Positions 1 through 11,868 are shown, counted from the stretch's first letter. The stretch: 44,262 bases of DNA from Octopus bimaculoides (GCF_001194135.2 NC_068982.1:107613713-107657974); one strand, 5' to 3'. Numbers and translations: made by a program. Notes: a model not told the origin generated them from the letters alone.

Positions 1-1378
1 TTATATATATATGGTGGTTGTCTACTCCTTATACAGAGTTTGACCACCTCCTGTACCTACACCTTAGCACCATCATGGCATCTGATGTGGCTTTTAAAAC
101 CAGACAATGTTCTGAAAAGACACCCACGCATATTGCACATCCAATTTTTACCACCAAGTGCTGCAGATAAGTTCTGACCTTTGTGGATCTTAAAATGTCT
201 TTTGAGGCCTCCATTGGATTTGCAAACCTTCTGGCATACACTGCATTCAAAGTTGTGCACAGATATATAAGCAGAATAGTTGGTGGAGTTTCGTTTTCCA
301 TGGGTTTGCAAATGAGATTTGAGCCCAGCAAAAACGGTCATGGTCTGTCACAGACTCTGCGCATAAGAAGGTCTTTGTCATTCACCTTCTCAATCATTAC
401 ATTCTTCCTTAGATCTCTTTTGAGTCTTACATGCATTATCCTGGCCTCTTCAAATGCTTTCACTCCACACTTTTGTTTGCCATCCAACTCGATCCGAAGC
501 AAGGGTTTCTATGTCTTCTGGATCCATTCCAAGTGATTTCATAGTAGTCCTTATGCCGTCCTTAAACCTTTTTTTAGGTTTACACCAATAGCATTTCTCT
601 TCTGCAAGCTCACCATAAAACAGCTGTTTCAGCCATTCGAACAATATGGCCACATCATCTCATTTGGTTCCTCAAAATCATAGCTTTAATTGAGGTGATG
701 CCTGCAGATGCAAGGACATCTTTGTTTGGAGTAAAAGAACTTCGTTTAATTTTAAAAATGCGATGAAAGCATTTTTGGTGGAATTGTTCTAATAATTTAA
801 AATGCCTTTCATAACAAGTCCAAGTTTCACAGGAATACAACAGGGATGGGAAGACAAATGATTTGTAAAGAGCCAGCTTTGTATTATTTATATGTCACTG
901 GCACCAAATGTGTAACTCCAAGCCACCAAATACTTTTGCTGCCCTTTGAATTTGCAGCTGTATTTCTGTATCAAGATTTCCGTCATTTTGAACAGAGCTA
1001 CCAAGGTAGATGAACGAATCAATAACCTCAAGTAACTTACCCTTAACAAAAATTTTAGCGGGGTTACAAACAGCACCACACACAGGTTGATGCATTACAA
1101 CTGTTTTTTTCAAGTTGATGGTCATGTCAAAATCATTAGAAGCCAAGTCAAATGCAGTTACAAGAGATTGGCAGACCTGTTTCAAAATGACTGACAAGAT
1201 CGCAATCGTCAGCATACAAAAGTTCCCCTTGTTTTGAATTTAAGTCTGGTCAGATTAAAAATATTCGATATTTTATGTAAATCCCCTCCTCAGAGTTTTG
1301 AAAAGCATGTGACAACACAATAGCAAAGTATATTGCAAAGAGGGTGGGTGCATCAAGGTCTCCTTGAGAAATACGACA
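1..1378 (-). mobile_element. 5'-truncated, frameshifted RTE-clade non-LTR retrotransposon (RT C-terminal half, thumb region, C2H2 fingers, 3' tail)
   Basis: Minus-strand translation gives QGDLDAPTLFAIYFAIVLSHAFQNSEEGIYIKYR (about 1270-1365), ELLYADDC (YADD at 1216-1205), INLKKTVVMHQP..FIYLGS, MYSCETW..LEQFHQKCFHRIFKI and KQLFYGEL..KPKKRFKD..LASDRVGW, all typical RTE ORF motifs in shifting frames. The element ends in a (TA)n tail at the window start. Confidence 0.9.
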
Positions 1379-1380
1379 GA

Positions 1381-2296
1381 ATCATTTTCAGCAGATGGTA
1401 TTGCAAACTCCATCAAAGAATTTCAGTACAAACCGGATAAAGGAACTACCTTAACCGCGTATTACAGATGATACACAAACATATTCAGAAAGGAATGCAA
1501 GGGATGGTCTAGTGAAAGAAAGGTAAGGCTCCCTTTGCGAAAACTTGCCCTCCAGAACATGAAAGTTTTTGTAACTTTATTTTGCCAAGAAAGCCCACGG
1601 AATTGTGTTTTGATGAAACGATAAATATTTTGACTAATATTTTTAGCGAAAAAGTTCACTGTTTAACATTTGGCGAGAATGTTTAAATTTAAAGAAAAAT
1701 GAGTTTGACAACTTTGTAACATATTCTGGTATTGTTAATAAGGCTTGTGAAAGGTTTAAGCTGGAAGAATTAATGCCAGATATGTTCATGTACTTAATAT
1801 TCATTAAAGGGCTTGTGGCAATGGAAGACATGGAAATTAGAAAAAGAATATTATCAAAGTTGAATCAAGATATGAAACTAACCTTGCAGAAAGTGGATGA
1901 GGAATGTCAATAAATAATAAACCTTCAAGAAGATAGAAGAAAAATATAAGGCAATAATAATAAGAATAATGTACAAACATGTAAAGAAAGTACAGAAAGA
2001 CAAAAAAAGTATAAATCTAAAACCGTGCTATGGTTGCGGAGACCTGCATTTTTAGAAAGATTGCCCGTTTAAAGATTAAAAAAATGTTTTAAGTGTGGTA
2101 AAATTGGGCATAGAAAAATGTAAAACTGAAGAAAGTCTACTCAACAAAAATAAATTATACCATACAAAACCAAAAGTTTATGTCAGAAGAAATAAATGGT
2201 TTTCAGACCAAAATGCAATTAGATACCAGTTCAGATATATTGATAATTAATATGGCAACATGGATTAAGATAAGAAGGTCGGTATACAAAAAAACT
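1381..2296 (+). mobile_element. Degenerate Ty3/Gypsy LTR-retrotransposon gag-protease fragment
   Basis: SFSADGIANSIKEFQYKPDKGTTLTAYYR*YTNIFRKECKGWSSERKVRLPLRKL..EKSSLFN..CLNL..VNKACERFKLEELMPDMFMYLIFIKGL..EIRKRILSKL resembles invertebrate Gypsy gag. Two CCHC knuckles follow (PCYGCGDLHF*KDCP; CFKCGKIGHR, about 2022-2122), then the protease motif QLDTSSDILIIN (LDTG-like, about 2216-2251). Stops and frameshifts are present. Confidence 0.8.
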
Positions 2297-2297
2297 A

Positions 2298-2375
2298 CTA
2301 CTATAGCCTCGGCCAGAGGCAATATTAGAAGACACTTGCCTAAGGTGCCATGCAGTGGGACTGAACCCAGAACCA
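2298..2375 (-). mobile_element. Fragment of tRNA-headed SINE (family A), running into an assembly gap
   Basis: gaagacacttgcctaaggtgccatgcagtgggactgaacccagaacca is the reverse complement of the SINE head seen at 10688 and 37778. Confidence 0.75.
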
Positions 2376-2475
2376 NNNNNNNNNNNNNNNNNNNNNNNNN
2401 NNNNNNNNNNNNNNNNNNNNNNNNNNNNNNNNNNNNNNNNNNNNNNNNNNNNNNNNNNNNNNNNNNNNNNNNNNN
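2376..2475. other. Assembly gap (100 N)
   Basis: Run of N seen directly. Confidence 1.
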
Positions 2476-2535
2476 TCACCAGCCCTCAGTCAGACTGTCC
2501 AACCCATGCCAGCATGGAAAGCAGACGTTAAACAG
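2476..2535 (+). mobile_element. 3' tail of RTE-derived repeat
   Basis: ccaacccatgccagcatggaaagcagacgttaaa matches the tail at 33320-33366. Confidence 0.6.
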
Positions 2536-4732
2536 CAATATGTATATGGGATTTAGCTTGATCAATGATATTCCCTTCCTGATGAAATTTGCCTTTTAAA
2601 AGAAATTGATATTTTGAAAAGCGTATTTTATTGCACAAAGCCCTGTCTAGAGCTACAATATATGTGTCAACTTTGTAAAAAAAAGAAAAAGAAGTGTTAT
2701 GTAATGATGCTAATATTTCAATGAAAATCTTTTGAATTTCAAAGATACATCCCTCCTCTCGATATAGTTTATGTACATTTCAAGTTTAATCAGCAAGAAG
2801 GTTGTAACTATTTTTACCAGATGGAGTCTAGTGGTAACATTTGACATGTGCACTTAATGTTGTCTGTGGTAGCTTTAACAAAGGGGAAATTATGGGATAT
2901 TATATACGTTAAACCATTTTATTTGAATTTTTCAGTGTCTTATAGTTTTATTTTTAAGTCTTTTTGTTTTAATTAATCAAAATTATGAAATAAAATATTG
3001 CAGTTTTAAAAACGTTTTTGTTTGTGACATCCATATGTATGTCTAAATATCCTACAGAAGTTGCAAAAATTAAATCCTGAATTTATTTTTTGTGTTTTCT
3101 TTCTAAAAACATTTGAGAATACTGCTGAAAATCTTTCATAGTTCTTCAGAGGACTTCTCAAATCTGAGTAATTAACACATGATCCAAGTTCAGTTAATAA
3201 TACCAAGTGAACATTTCTAGCATATAAGTAAAAAAATATTACATACAGCTGAATTTAATTTTCAGATCTGTGTTTTGAACTTTCAATGTATCCTATTTGT
3301 TTATTTAACATAAAGTTGTTGTATTATACTTATGTTTGTGTTCTTTATAGAAACCATTGTTTTTCTTTTTTGCGCATTTGTTTTGTGTTTCTATGAAACA
3401 TTAGGTTTTTTTATGAAATGCACATTTTGAATGTTGTTTGTTGTTTTATTTGGGTTTTTTTAAAATTTGTTATCAACGTAGATTTTTCTGCTTGCATTGA
3501 AAAATATGTTTTCTAAACAAATAGATTTTTGTTTTTACTCTAAGCATTTAATTTAGACTATGCAAATATGAAAACATAATTCATAGAAATAAGAATTCAG
3601 TTATTTACAGTAGATCCTGTTGTGTTTTCTCTTAAATTTAATTTGGAAATGAGTGAAACACATTTTCTTCTATTTCCCTATATTCCACACTTGATTTTAG
3701 CTGCTATTATTTTTGTACCTATAGTTATTACTGAAAAAGATAAGTTTAACATCTATCATTATTTTCTCTTATTTTATAGATTATTTCAATGTGCTTTTGT
3801 TTTTCTTTTTTTCTTTTTACACTGAAAGCAATATTTGTTTATGTACAAATATTATCTTCAGAATTTTGTATCTCATATTATTTACTGCAATATAAATGTT
3901 GTTGTATTTATTTATTATATTGTTAGGATCCAAAGAATTCTTTTTTTACTTTAAAATTTTAGAGGTTTCTATCCTGTTTTTTTTTCTGTATCATAGTTCT
4001 ATGGTTTGAGTACAAACTGATTTAATCTAATAATAGAAGTACTGTTGTAATTAAGATTAAGTGACAATTATGCTCATGATCAACTAGTAAACAGTAGTGT
4101 ATTTGCCTATGAATTCCTTAAATTTAGTTTTAAGTAAAAATTGATATTTTGTATGTGCTTGACAAGAGATTTTATTTGAAATTGTGTTGAAACTAAAGCA
4201 TGTATCATGATAAATTCATGTAGACTTTGATACCTACTTCTCCCCCCACTACTTCCCTTCATATACTTACACTCGTATATATTATTAAGTATAAAATGTC
4301 TTCATTCTGAATTTATAGCCTACTACTGATAGTCTATTCCACTGTACCTCCTAGGTGTTAAGCTAAAGTACCTCTGTTTTAAGTGTTATCATTTAAAATT
4401 AGTTTTATCAACAACATATATTTCTTGTTTTTTTATATCAAATTTGGTTTCTTAATTGTCCATGAATGTCCTCCATTCTAAGGTTTCGTTTATTAAGTTT
4501 GCATCATAATTAATATAGAATTTTCATTTCAGCTTGATTTTTTAAATATTTTTTACTTCTATTGCTTATGTCATAGGCTGTATTGGTTGATGTTGCTGAT
4601 CATAGCTCTACACAAAATAGTATTTTTATTTAAATAAAAGATTAAATAATGCAGTAGTTAATAGAGAATACTGTTATTGGAATTGGGATACATATAAAAT
4701 ATATCCTATAATAAAAGAAATCATTACTATTA

Positions 4733-4930
4733 TTATATAGCCAGAAAAGGATGATTGAAGCTAAAGGCTTTTGTGAGTCTTCCAACACTGGTGAGGCTGA
4801 TATGATTGATATCCAACTTCAAGTTTTCTATGGTCATTACTAGTAGCAGAAACATAAGAAGAGTTGGAATTTCAGAGGGATATTGTACTGGGGAAGAAAG
4901 ATTGCACTGGCTTAGAATACAACTGCACAT
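4733..4930 (-). mobile_element. Possible old CR1/L2-type reverse transcriptase relic
   Basis: ORF SSPVQYPSEIPTLLMFLLLVMTIENLKLDINHISLTSVGRLTKAFSFNHPFL loosely follows the QYGFR..ST..ALL....LD.....VFLDLxKAFD.VNH.IL pattern. Pattern match by eye only. Confidence 0.35.
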
Positions 4931-6329
4931 GTATATTTTGCAGTTTTGAAGAATAACATTCTTTGTTAATAGTCATGAAAGTGGTGGCCTATAAACTAGC
5001 ACCTGTGTGACACTGTTCCTTGTCAAGCACAATTAACTCTTGTTTGTTCACTTTAGTTGCGAATAGATGTCCTGAAAGTCACAGCTTTAGCTTATGAAAT
5101 CAATCAGTCAGTATAACATTGCACATTTTATCACACTATTTATATACTACTTGTTGCACTATCAATATACTAATTCTATAGAATATTCCCCTTAATAGAG
5201 AGTTATTTAAAATGACTTGACTCTGAACATATACACCTGCCGCATAATCCCATTATCACAGTGAATAACATTTTTATGATATGAATACATGAAGCTAATG
5301 AAAATTGTACCATGAAGCTTTGTTTGGGATGCTTACAACCAATTATTGTTCTGTGTTTAACTTTATATTGTAAAGAATGAGATAAAATGAAGTTGCTCCT
5401 TTAAACTTCAAAAACAAAAATTGCAAACATTCCTTTAAGTAAAATAAAAAATTGATTTAAGCTCAGCTTAGTCATTGAATCTATGATAAAGAAAAGTAAT
5501 GATGTGATCATTATAATGGCAAATCAGATAACAAGACAATCACAAGATATCGACTGACCTTCAGGAAAAAAAATCACCTTAGATAATATTATAGCCACCA
5601 GTTCATCTCAAAGAGAGAATGAGATAGTACCCAGATCAAATAGGCTCTGTATGTAATTAATGTTGTCTGCCACAACTCAGATATGTTTGTGATTACATCC
5701 ATACCTATTTTCCTGCTTGTTTAAACAGGAAGAGAAATAAAAGACAAGGCAGGAACAAGACATTATATAAATATAGAACAGTTATTTAAAATCGTATTTG
5801 TTTAGTTGTATGTAAAGCAAGACAAATGATTCTGGCCCTCAGGGAGTTGTTTTATATCTATTTCGGCCATGTTGAAGAAATTTTTAGTATCATATTGCTT
5901 CATTTAACTCATTTACTTCACATTAAGTCATAGTGCTAAATAATCTTTATATCTTGGCATCTAGTTGATTATTAGTTCATCTGTAGTGAGATGTATACTT
6001 GGCACTACTTACTTCTCTGGTTTGCTGCAAATGCAACTATTTTATTTGAGAACACAGAACAATGCTCAGATGGATATTATCCTATGCTAAAAGTTTAGTA
6101 ATATCTTCTGTTCTGAACTGAAAAGAATTAACAATTCTAATAAAAGCATATTTATAACCTACAATGGAAATATTGAATAAATGAATGCAAAATATTTCAA
6201 TCGTCTATTTCCTATACAATGTAAAATACTGCAATTCTTGTTTCCTTGAAAACCAATATTTCTTCCTCAAAATCTTCCGTATTCGATATTCATCAAAACA
6301 AACCATTTGTGGATGCTTTTCTATAGCAT

Positions 6330-6620
6330 GGTTTTCATAGCAGACTGTCATATAATAGAATGAATGTTTACTTTTAGCAAACTTGCATGAAAGATATTTC
6401 TGTGTTCTTTTGAGAAAATATCTCCAGCTCCACTGTCAGACCATGATCATGATCTTGTTTTCTAGAAAAAGTGTCTGATACCCTTATTTATTGATCTTTA
6501 AAACTTCAAGGAATGTATGGCTAATTCTATCATTTGTATTTGTTGATCCTTCAAATATTTCTGCCATTTTAATTCAATATCTTTCTGTAGTTGTTGATAA
6601 GTTTACATATATATAAATAA
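6330..6620 (-). mobile_element. Possible very old L1/Tx1-like ORF2 C-terminal relic
   Basis: Minus-strand pieces LQKDIELKWQKYL and EH..IF.CKFAK (needs a frameshift) recall the L1/Tx1 C-terminal zinc-knuckle region. Weak. Confidence 0.2.
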
Positions 6621-9314
6621 ACTTGCATGCTTATATCAAGTCATATATTATCAATGGATTTGCTTACAATGCATTTCACTTGTGTCATACATTATACTCA
6701 ACTTAGTATAATGACAGCTCTACACTTCAATGTACATTAGTAAAATAATAAATTTCTTTCTGATCTAATATTTGCTGATATTAAGTTGGTTTTTTAATTA
6801 TGTTAAACTTTTCATGAAATAACATCTTTCACTGTCTTTTATGGAGTTGAATATATCTTTCATTTTCTTAATAGTTCAGGTGTGCAACCTGAAGTCATCA
6901 AGTTATTTTGTCAGTCAGGTGTTGTTCCTAAAAGCTTGTAACAGTTTAAGGTCTTAATAGTTTAAGGAGAACTTTCACTTTCAGATCAAAGTAATATGCA
7001 GAGTTATATATAGCTTATTGCTAAGGCAAATATCACATATTCCTAAGCTATTAAGGTACCTAAATTGCTCCAAATTTAGCTATTTTATATTTACATTAAT
7101 TTCTCTAATTTTTCAATTTCCATGCAAACTTGGTGAGTTCAGCATTGTATTTTCTGTTGATAAGTGCTACTACAAGCTCATTTCTTTCTATCAATGTGCC
7201 ACCTATTCTCACTTGATGAACTTTTATAAGAAATTTCCTAACATGCCTAATACTATCTAACAGTGCTCGTCATGTGATCAGCAAAAAGAAATACTCGTTA
7301 TACATGCATAGTGGGTAGGTGGGTATTTATGGGTGTATAGACAGGTTATTTTTTTCATTTCATATAGATTATGTGCAACTGATCTGGGAAACTAAATGTG
7401 TACACTTGTACACATATTTACAAAATCAAAGACACATACAAAACATTGGGATGTATTTAAGTGAAAATTTCCTCTGCTTAAGAAGCTTAAAATTCTCCTC
7501 TCCAATTTCTTTGACACCAAATATTTTTCCTGACAATTATGGTTTGCTTTATATCTTTCTTTCTTTTCACTCCTATTTAGAATGGAATGTTTTGTAATCC
7601 TTTTGCTCATGGTCTGCATGATACATATCTCAATTTTACATCTGCTATTCTTAATTGTCTTTTGTGGCCTTTCAAAAGAAGACATGACTTTTAATCTAGA
7701 GAAGGAGTTGAATATTGTCTTCAATATTAAACTCTAAATTGCTATTGGATGCATTTCTGTCCTCCTCTCCAAACTATTGATCCATTCAATTTCCAGCTTG
7801 TTTCTTCTTTAATATTACTGCTGCAGGAGTACTGTCTGCTATAATTAGTTCCTATTTCCTTCATTTTGCATAGTCCCTATGTCTTTTATATTGTATAGTT
7901 CCTTTTTCCCATATATTGCATTTAAATTCAGATTAATACACCCTCTTCAGATGGGTAACTTTAAGATGGGGTAGCTGTAGAGAATTGGTTTTATTTCCTG
8001 CTTTCTCTGCTTGTTATGGCATGTCTGATTATACCTGCAACAAGTATTTTTATTCATGTGGGTTTTCTTTTTGTATTTGTTATATAATAATTATTTTTAT
8101 AATGTGTTAGTATATTTGTATTTTGGGGCTTAATTTCATCATGTTGAATTTAGTAATATTCATTTTTTTCTTTTCCAAGAAAAAAATACCTCATTAATAT
8201 TCCAAGCTTTTAAAAATGTTGAAAATTATATTTTAACTTAATACTTTAACTGACTACTCCTACATAGATATTTTAATTAAATCTGAATTTTGTTCCTCTA
8301 TATATATATTGACCCCATATTGACTGAAACAACCATTTACATGTAAACTTTAATTTGATGAGATGCTCACATCCATAGATTATGAGAGGAAATTTATTAA
8401 AAGGTTAGCAAAGAAAATATTTATATGTAATGGTTCTTCCTAATTTTTCAAGTTATTCTACATAGTGTCTATTGTACTGATAACTTCTGTTAAAATATAT
8501 TTACAATAGTAAACATTAATCACTCTTAATGCCAGTAGCTTCTACTTTGTATAAATTTATGTGGTTGCTTGTAGCACCTTCAAATTTCCATTCAATAACA
8601 ACCTTTCCTTTATCTTCTTTAGTAATGTTTGAAAGAATTTCTCAATATTGAGTTGTTACCAAGTTAATATAACAAAAAAAAAAATTGATGTATTTTACTC
8701 ATAAGGTTCAGGTCTGTAATCCTGAAATATTAAATATATTATTCATAAAATATTTAAAATTCAAACAAGTTTCAATATACTTTTGACCAATAATGAAATA
8801 GAGTATTTAGTGATGAAACAGCAGAAAACTTAACATTGTTCTGTAAGAACTCATTTCACATATTCAGTTACCAGTCACTGTTTAAAAAGAAATAATTGCT
8901 ACTGTCAATTTCACTATTTTGTAAGTATATGTTATTATTTATCCTATAGCATCATCCAATAAATGGATCTGGTGTTTAATTATGCTGCTTATTTGGATCT
9001 GGGGATTGCCAAAATTTTATCTTTTTCTCAGCAATTTTACAAGACCCTTCTATTTGTTTAATGTTAAATTTTCATTGTTCCAATTTAGAATTGTCTGAGA
9101 AAAATTTTCTTCCACAAGTGTTATGTGTAGAAGTCTTACTTTGATTATCCTTTTTTAATGTAGTGTTTTTTTTTTAATTTTTTGTTGGTTTTACTTTTTT
9201 AACATTCATGTGTTTGTATTAATTTTGCTTAATATTCAGTTTTGTTATAAATTGTTTTAGTTGAATTACTGATTGAATTCTTCTGTAGCTAAAGAACTTT
9301 AAATCAATTTATGT

Positions 9315-9324
9315 NNNNNNNNNN
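9315..9324. other. Assembly gap (10 N) next to (TA)n
   Basis: Run of N followed by (TA)n at 9325-9348. Confidence 1.
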
Positions 9325-9355
<31 letters not shown>

Positions 9356-9569
9356 AGACCATGCATATGTAAAACATACTGGAGTATGTGTGTATACATA
9401 CACATATGCACACACATACACATATACCAGTTTGTTTTACATATGAATGGTCAATCCTTATAGTTACTAATGTACCTGTGTACTCATGAACCAATGGTTC
9501 ACTGTTAATTCTATTGGTATGGTTTTTTCTATTTTTAGATATGAAAAGATGAACTTCATTGCAATTATG

Positions 9570-9640
9570 TTAGTCAGCTCCCCATTCAACCCATGCCAGT
9601 ATGAAAAACAGATGTTAAACATTGATGATGATAATGATAA
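9570..9640 (+). mobile_element. 3' tail fragment of RTE-derived repeat
   Basis: caacccatgccagtatgaaaaacagatgttaaacattgatgatgat, the same tail family as 33320-33366. Confidence 0.6.
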
Positions 9641-9684
9641 ACACTTCTAAGCATATTGTTGTTAATTACTGATCTGTAAAATTG

Positions 9685-10280
9685 TCATCATCATCCATTT
9701 AATGTCTGCTTTCCATGCTGGCATAGGTTAGACAGTTTGACTGGAACTGGTAAGCCAGAGAGCTACACCAGTTTCCAGTCTGATTTGGTATGGTTTCAAT
9801 GGCCGGATGCCCTTCTTAACACCAACCACTCCAAGAGTGTAATGGGTGCTTTTTACATGCCATCAGCACAGGTGATTTTACATGCCACCAGCATGGGTGC
9901 CAGTTACATGATACCAGCATCAGCCATGACTAAGATTTCACTTGGCTTGATGAGTCTTCTCAAGCACAGCATATCACCAAATGTCTCAGTCACTTGTCAT
10001 CACCTCCGTGAGGCCCAGCATCTGAAAATCACACTTTACGACCTTGTTCCATGTCTTACTGAGTCTACCTCTTCCACAGGCTCCCTTCACAGTTAGAGAT
10101 TGCAAATCTCTGTCTGAGGCCCAACATTCAAAGATCATGCTTCACCATCTTGTCCCATGTTTTCCTGGGTCTACCTCTTCCACAAGCTCTCTCTACAGAG
10201 ATTGCAAAGGTCTCAGTCATTTGTCATCACCTCCATGAGGCTCAACATTCAAAGATCATGCTTCATCACCTCACCACGTT
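9685..10280 (-). mobile_element. RTE LINE 3' end (ORF C-terminus plus 3' UTR and (GAT)n tail) with internal tandem repetition
   Basis: Starts with (CAT)n, then the reverse complement of the tail. The minus strand encodes [19 protein letters not shown], the RTE C-terminal motif. Confidence 0.8.
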
Positions 10281-10687
10281 TTAGTTAATCGTTAAGAGAT
10301 GACTGTTTATCTGTTTGGCAAGTCAGTTTAGTTTATATATCTCAGTGACTTGCTTGCTAATATTTTTCAGACAATTTATAAACTGGAAAGTGAATGATTT
10401 ATGAAATGGAAAGTGTTAATCACCATTGGATATTATATTCCAATATTGAAATATTTATGAAATTAAATTTCCAGTGTTGAAATATTTACATTGAAATGAG
10501 ATTTTACTGCCTGTTCTGTTTAGAAGTTTTGTAATTTAATCTCTTGAATAGATTGTTATGGCTAAAATTTCTATAATCTTAGTTAAGAAGTAAATTAGTG
10601 TTCAATTGGTATCAAAGTACGTAATCTCATGTCATTGATTTGGAAAGTAAAGAAACAGAAGTCACTGATTAATAAATGTTCTAAGTA

Positions 10688-11080
10688 CAGGTATGGCTGT
10701 GTGGTAAGAAGCTTGCATCCCAACCATATGGTTCCAGGTTCAGTCCCACTGCATGACACCTTGGGCAAGTATTTTCCACAATAGTTTTGGGCCGACCAAA
10801 GCCTTGTGAGTGAACTTGGTAGACAGAAACTGAAAGAAGCCTGTTGTATATGTATATCTATGCTTTGTATGTGTGTCTTTGTTTGTCCCCCACCATTACT
10901 TGACATGGTGTTGGTGTGTTTACATCTTTGTAACTTAGCAGTTCAGCAAAAGAGACCAATAGAATAAGTAACAGACTTGAAAAAAATGTACTGGGGTCGA
11001 TTCATTCAATTGAAAATTCTTCAAGGTGGTGCCCCAGCATAACTACAGTTTAATGACTGAAACAAGTAAAATGTAAAAGA
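10688..11080 (+). mobile_element. Full-length tRNA-headed SINE (family A)
   Basis: ggctgtgtggtaagaagcttg..ggttcagtccc (B-box-like) head, central (TA/TG)n, and tail ..ctggggtcgat..aatgactgaaacaagtaaaa. Aligns by eye to the copies at 35862 and 37778. Confidence 0.9.
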
Positions 11081-11868
11081 AAGAACTGAAGGAAATTACT
11101 ATATTTTAGAGCATAAGAAAAGTCTTTGATCTTGAAAAATGCTACATTTATAACTAGCATACATGGGTCCATTAACAAAATGACTATTAGGAACATAGAT
11201 ATTAGTGTAGTATTAAATACTTTAAATATTAGTCATCTCTTTTATAATTGTACTTTTAGTATATATGAAAAGACTACTGGATTCACTTGTAAATTTACCC
11301 AATTTTTAGCTCCAGATAATCAATCTGTTTGACATTTAAGCTGATAGTGTATCAGTCTATGATTTAACTGAAACTTAAAGAAATGGACAGGCATCTTTGC
11401 TTGCAAGGAGACATTTAAGTATTATAAAATCCTTTATATAGTATGGTATTGCTTTGAGATTTGTTTCTTTTTAGCATGCATTATCTCTCTTTTGGTTTTA
11501 TTTTTGAGTCTAGAATATATTCATAATAATGTAGCAAGTAATTTTGACAATATTTCAGAAATTTAGAAGATTGAAATTGACATCTTTTACGAAGATGTCA
11601 TTGTTAACTTTTTAGTAAGTTTAGTCCCTTCTTAGACTATTTCTTCCTTCATAGAAAAACTTTTACTATTCAAAAGAAAAAAAAAATGTTTTCTTTCTTT
11701 CTATCAAATTCTAGGTAAGAAATATTTCAATTTAATTTCATGTTCATTAATCCTGCCTAATGTTAATATTTGAATTAAAAATTGATTTCTGTATTGTATT
11801 CTGCATATATGTTTAAGGTTGAAAGACCAATGATGTTGTTTCATGTCATTTACTACCTCCAATTGCAG

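Noticed and set aside
4741-4778. atag|CCAGAAAAGG..GGCTTTT|GTGAGT as a possible small ITPR exon
   Set aside because: The open frame (QKRMIEAKGF) has no IP3R similarity, its phase does not fit the phase-0 GEALRQ exon, and it overlaps a probable antisense LINE relic.
10688-10770. tRNA-like A/B-box sequences in SINE heads (also 17940-17960 and 37790-37840)
   Set aside because: No complete cloverleaf; they continue into repeat bodies present in several copies, so they are SINEs and not tRNA genes.
11655-11714. 60-nt AG..GT segment as a coding exon
   Set aside because: Ends in an in-frame TAG in the required phase and is low complexity; kept only as a possible recursive site.
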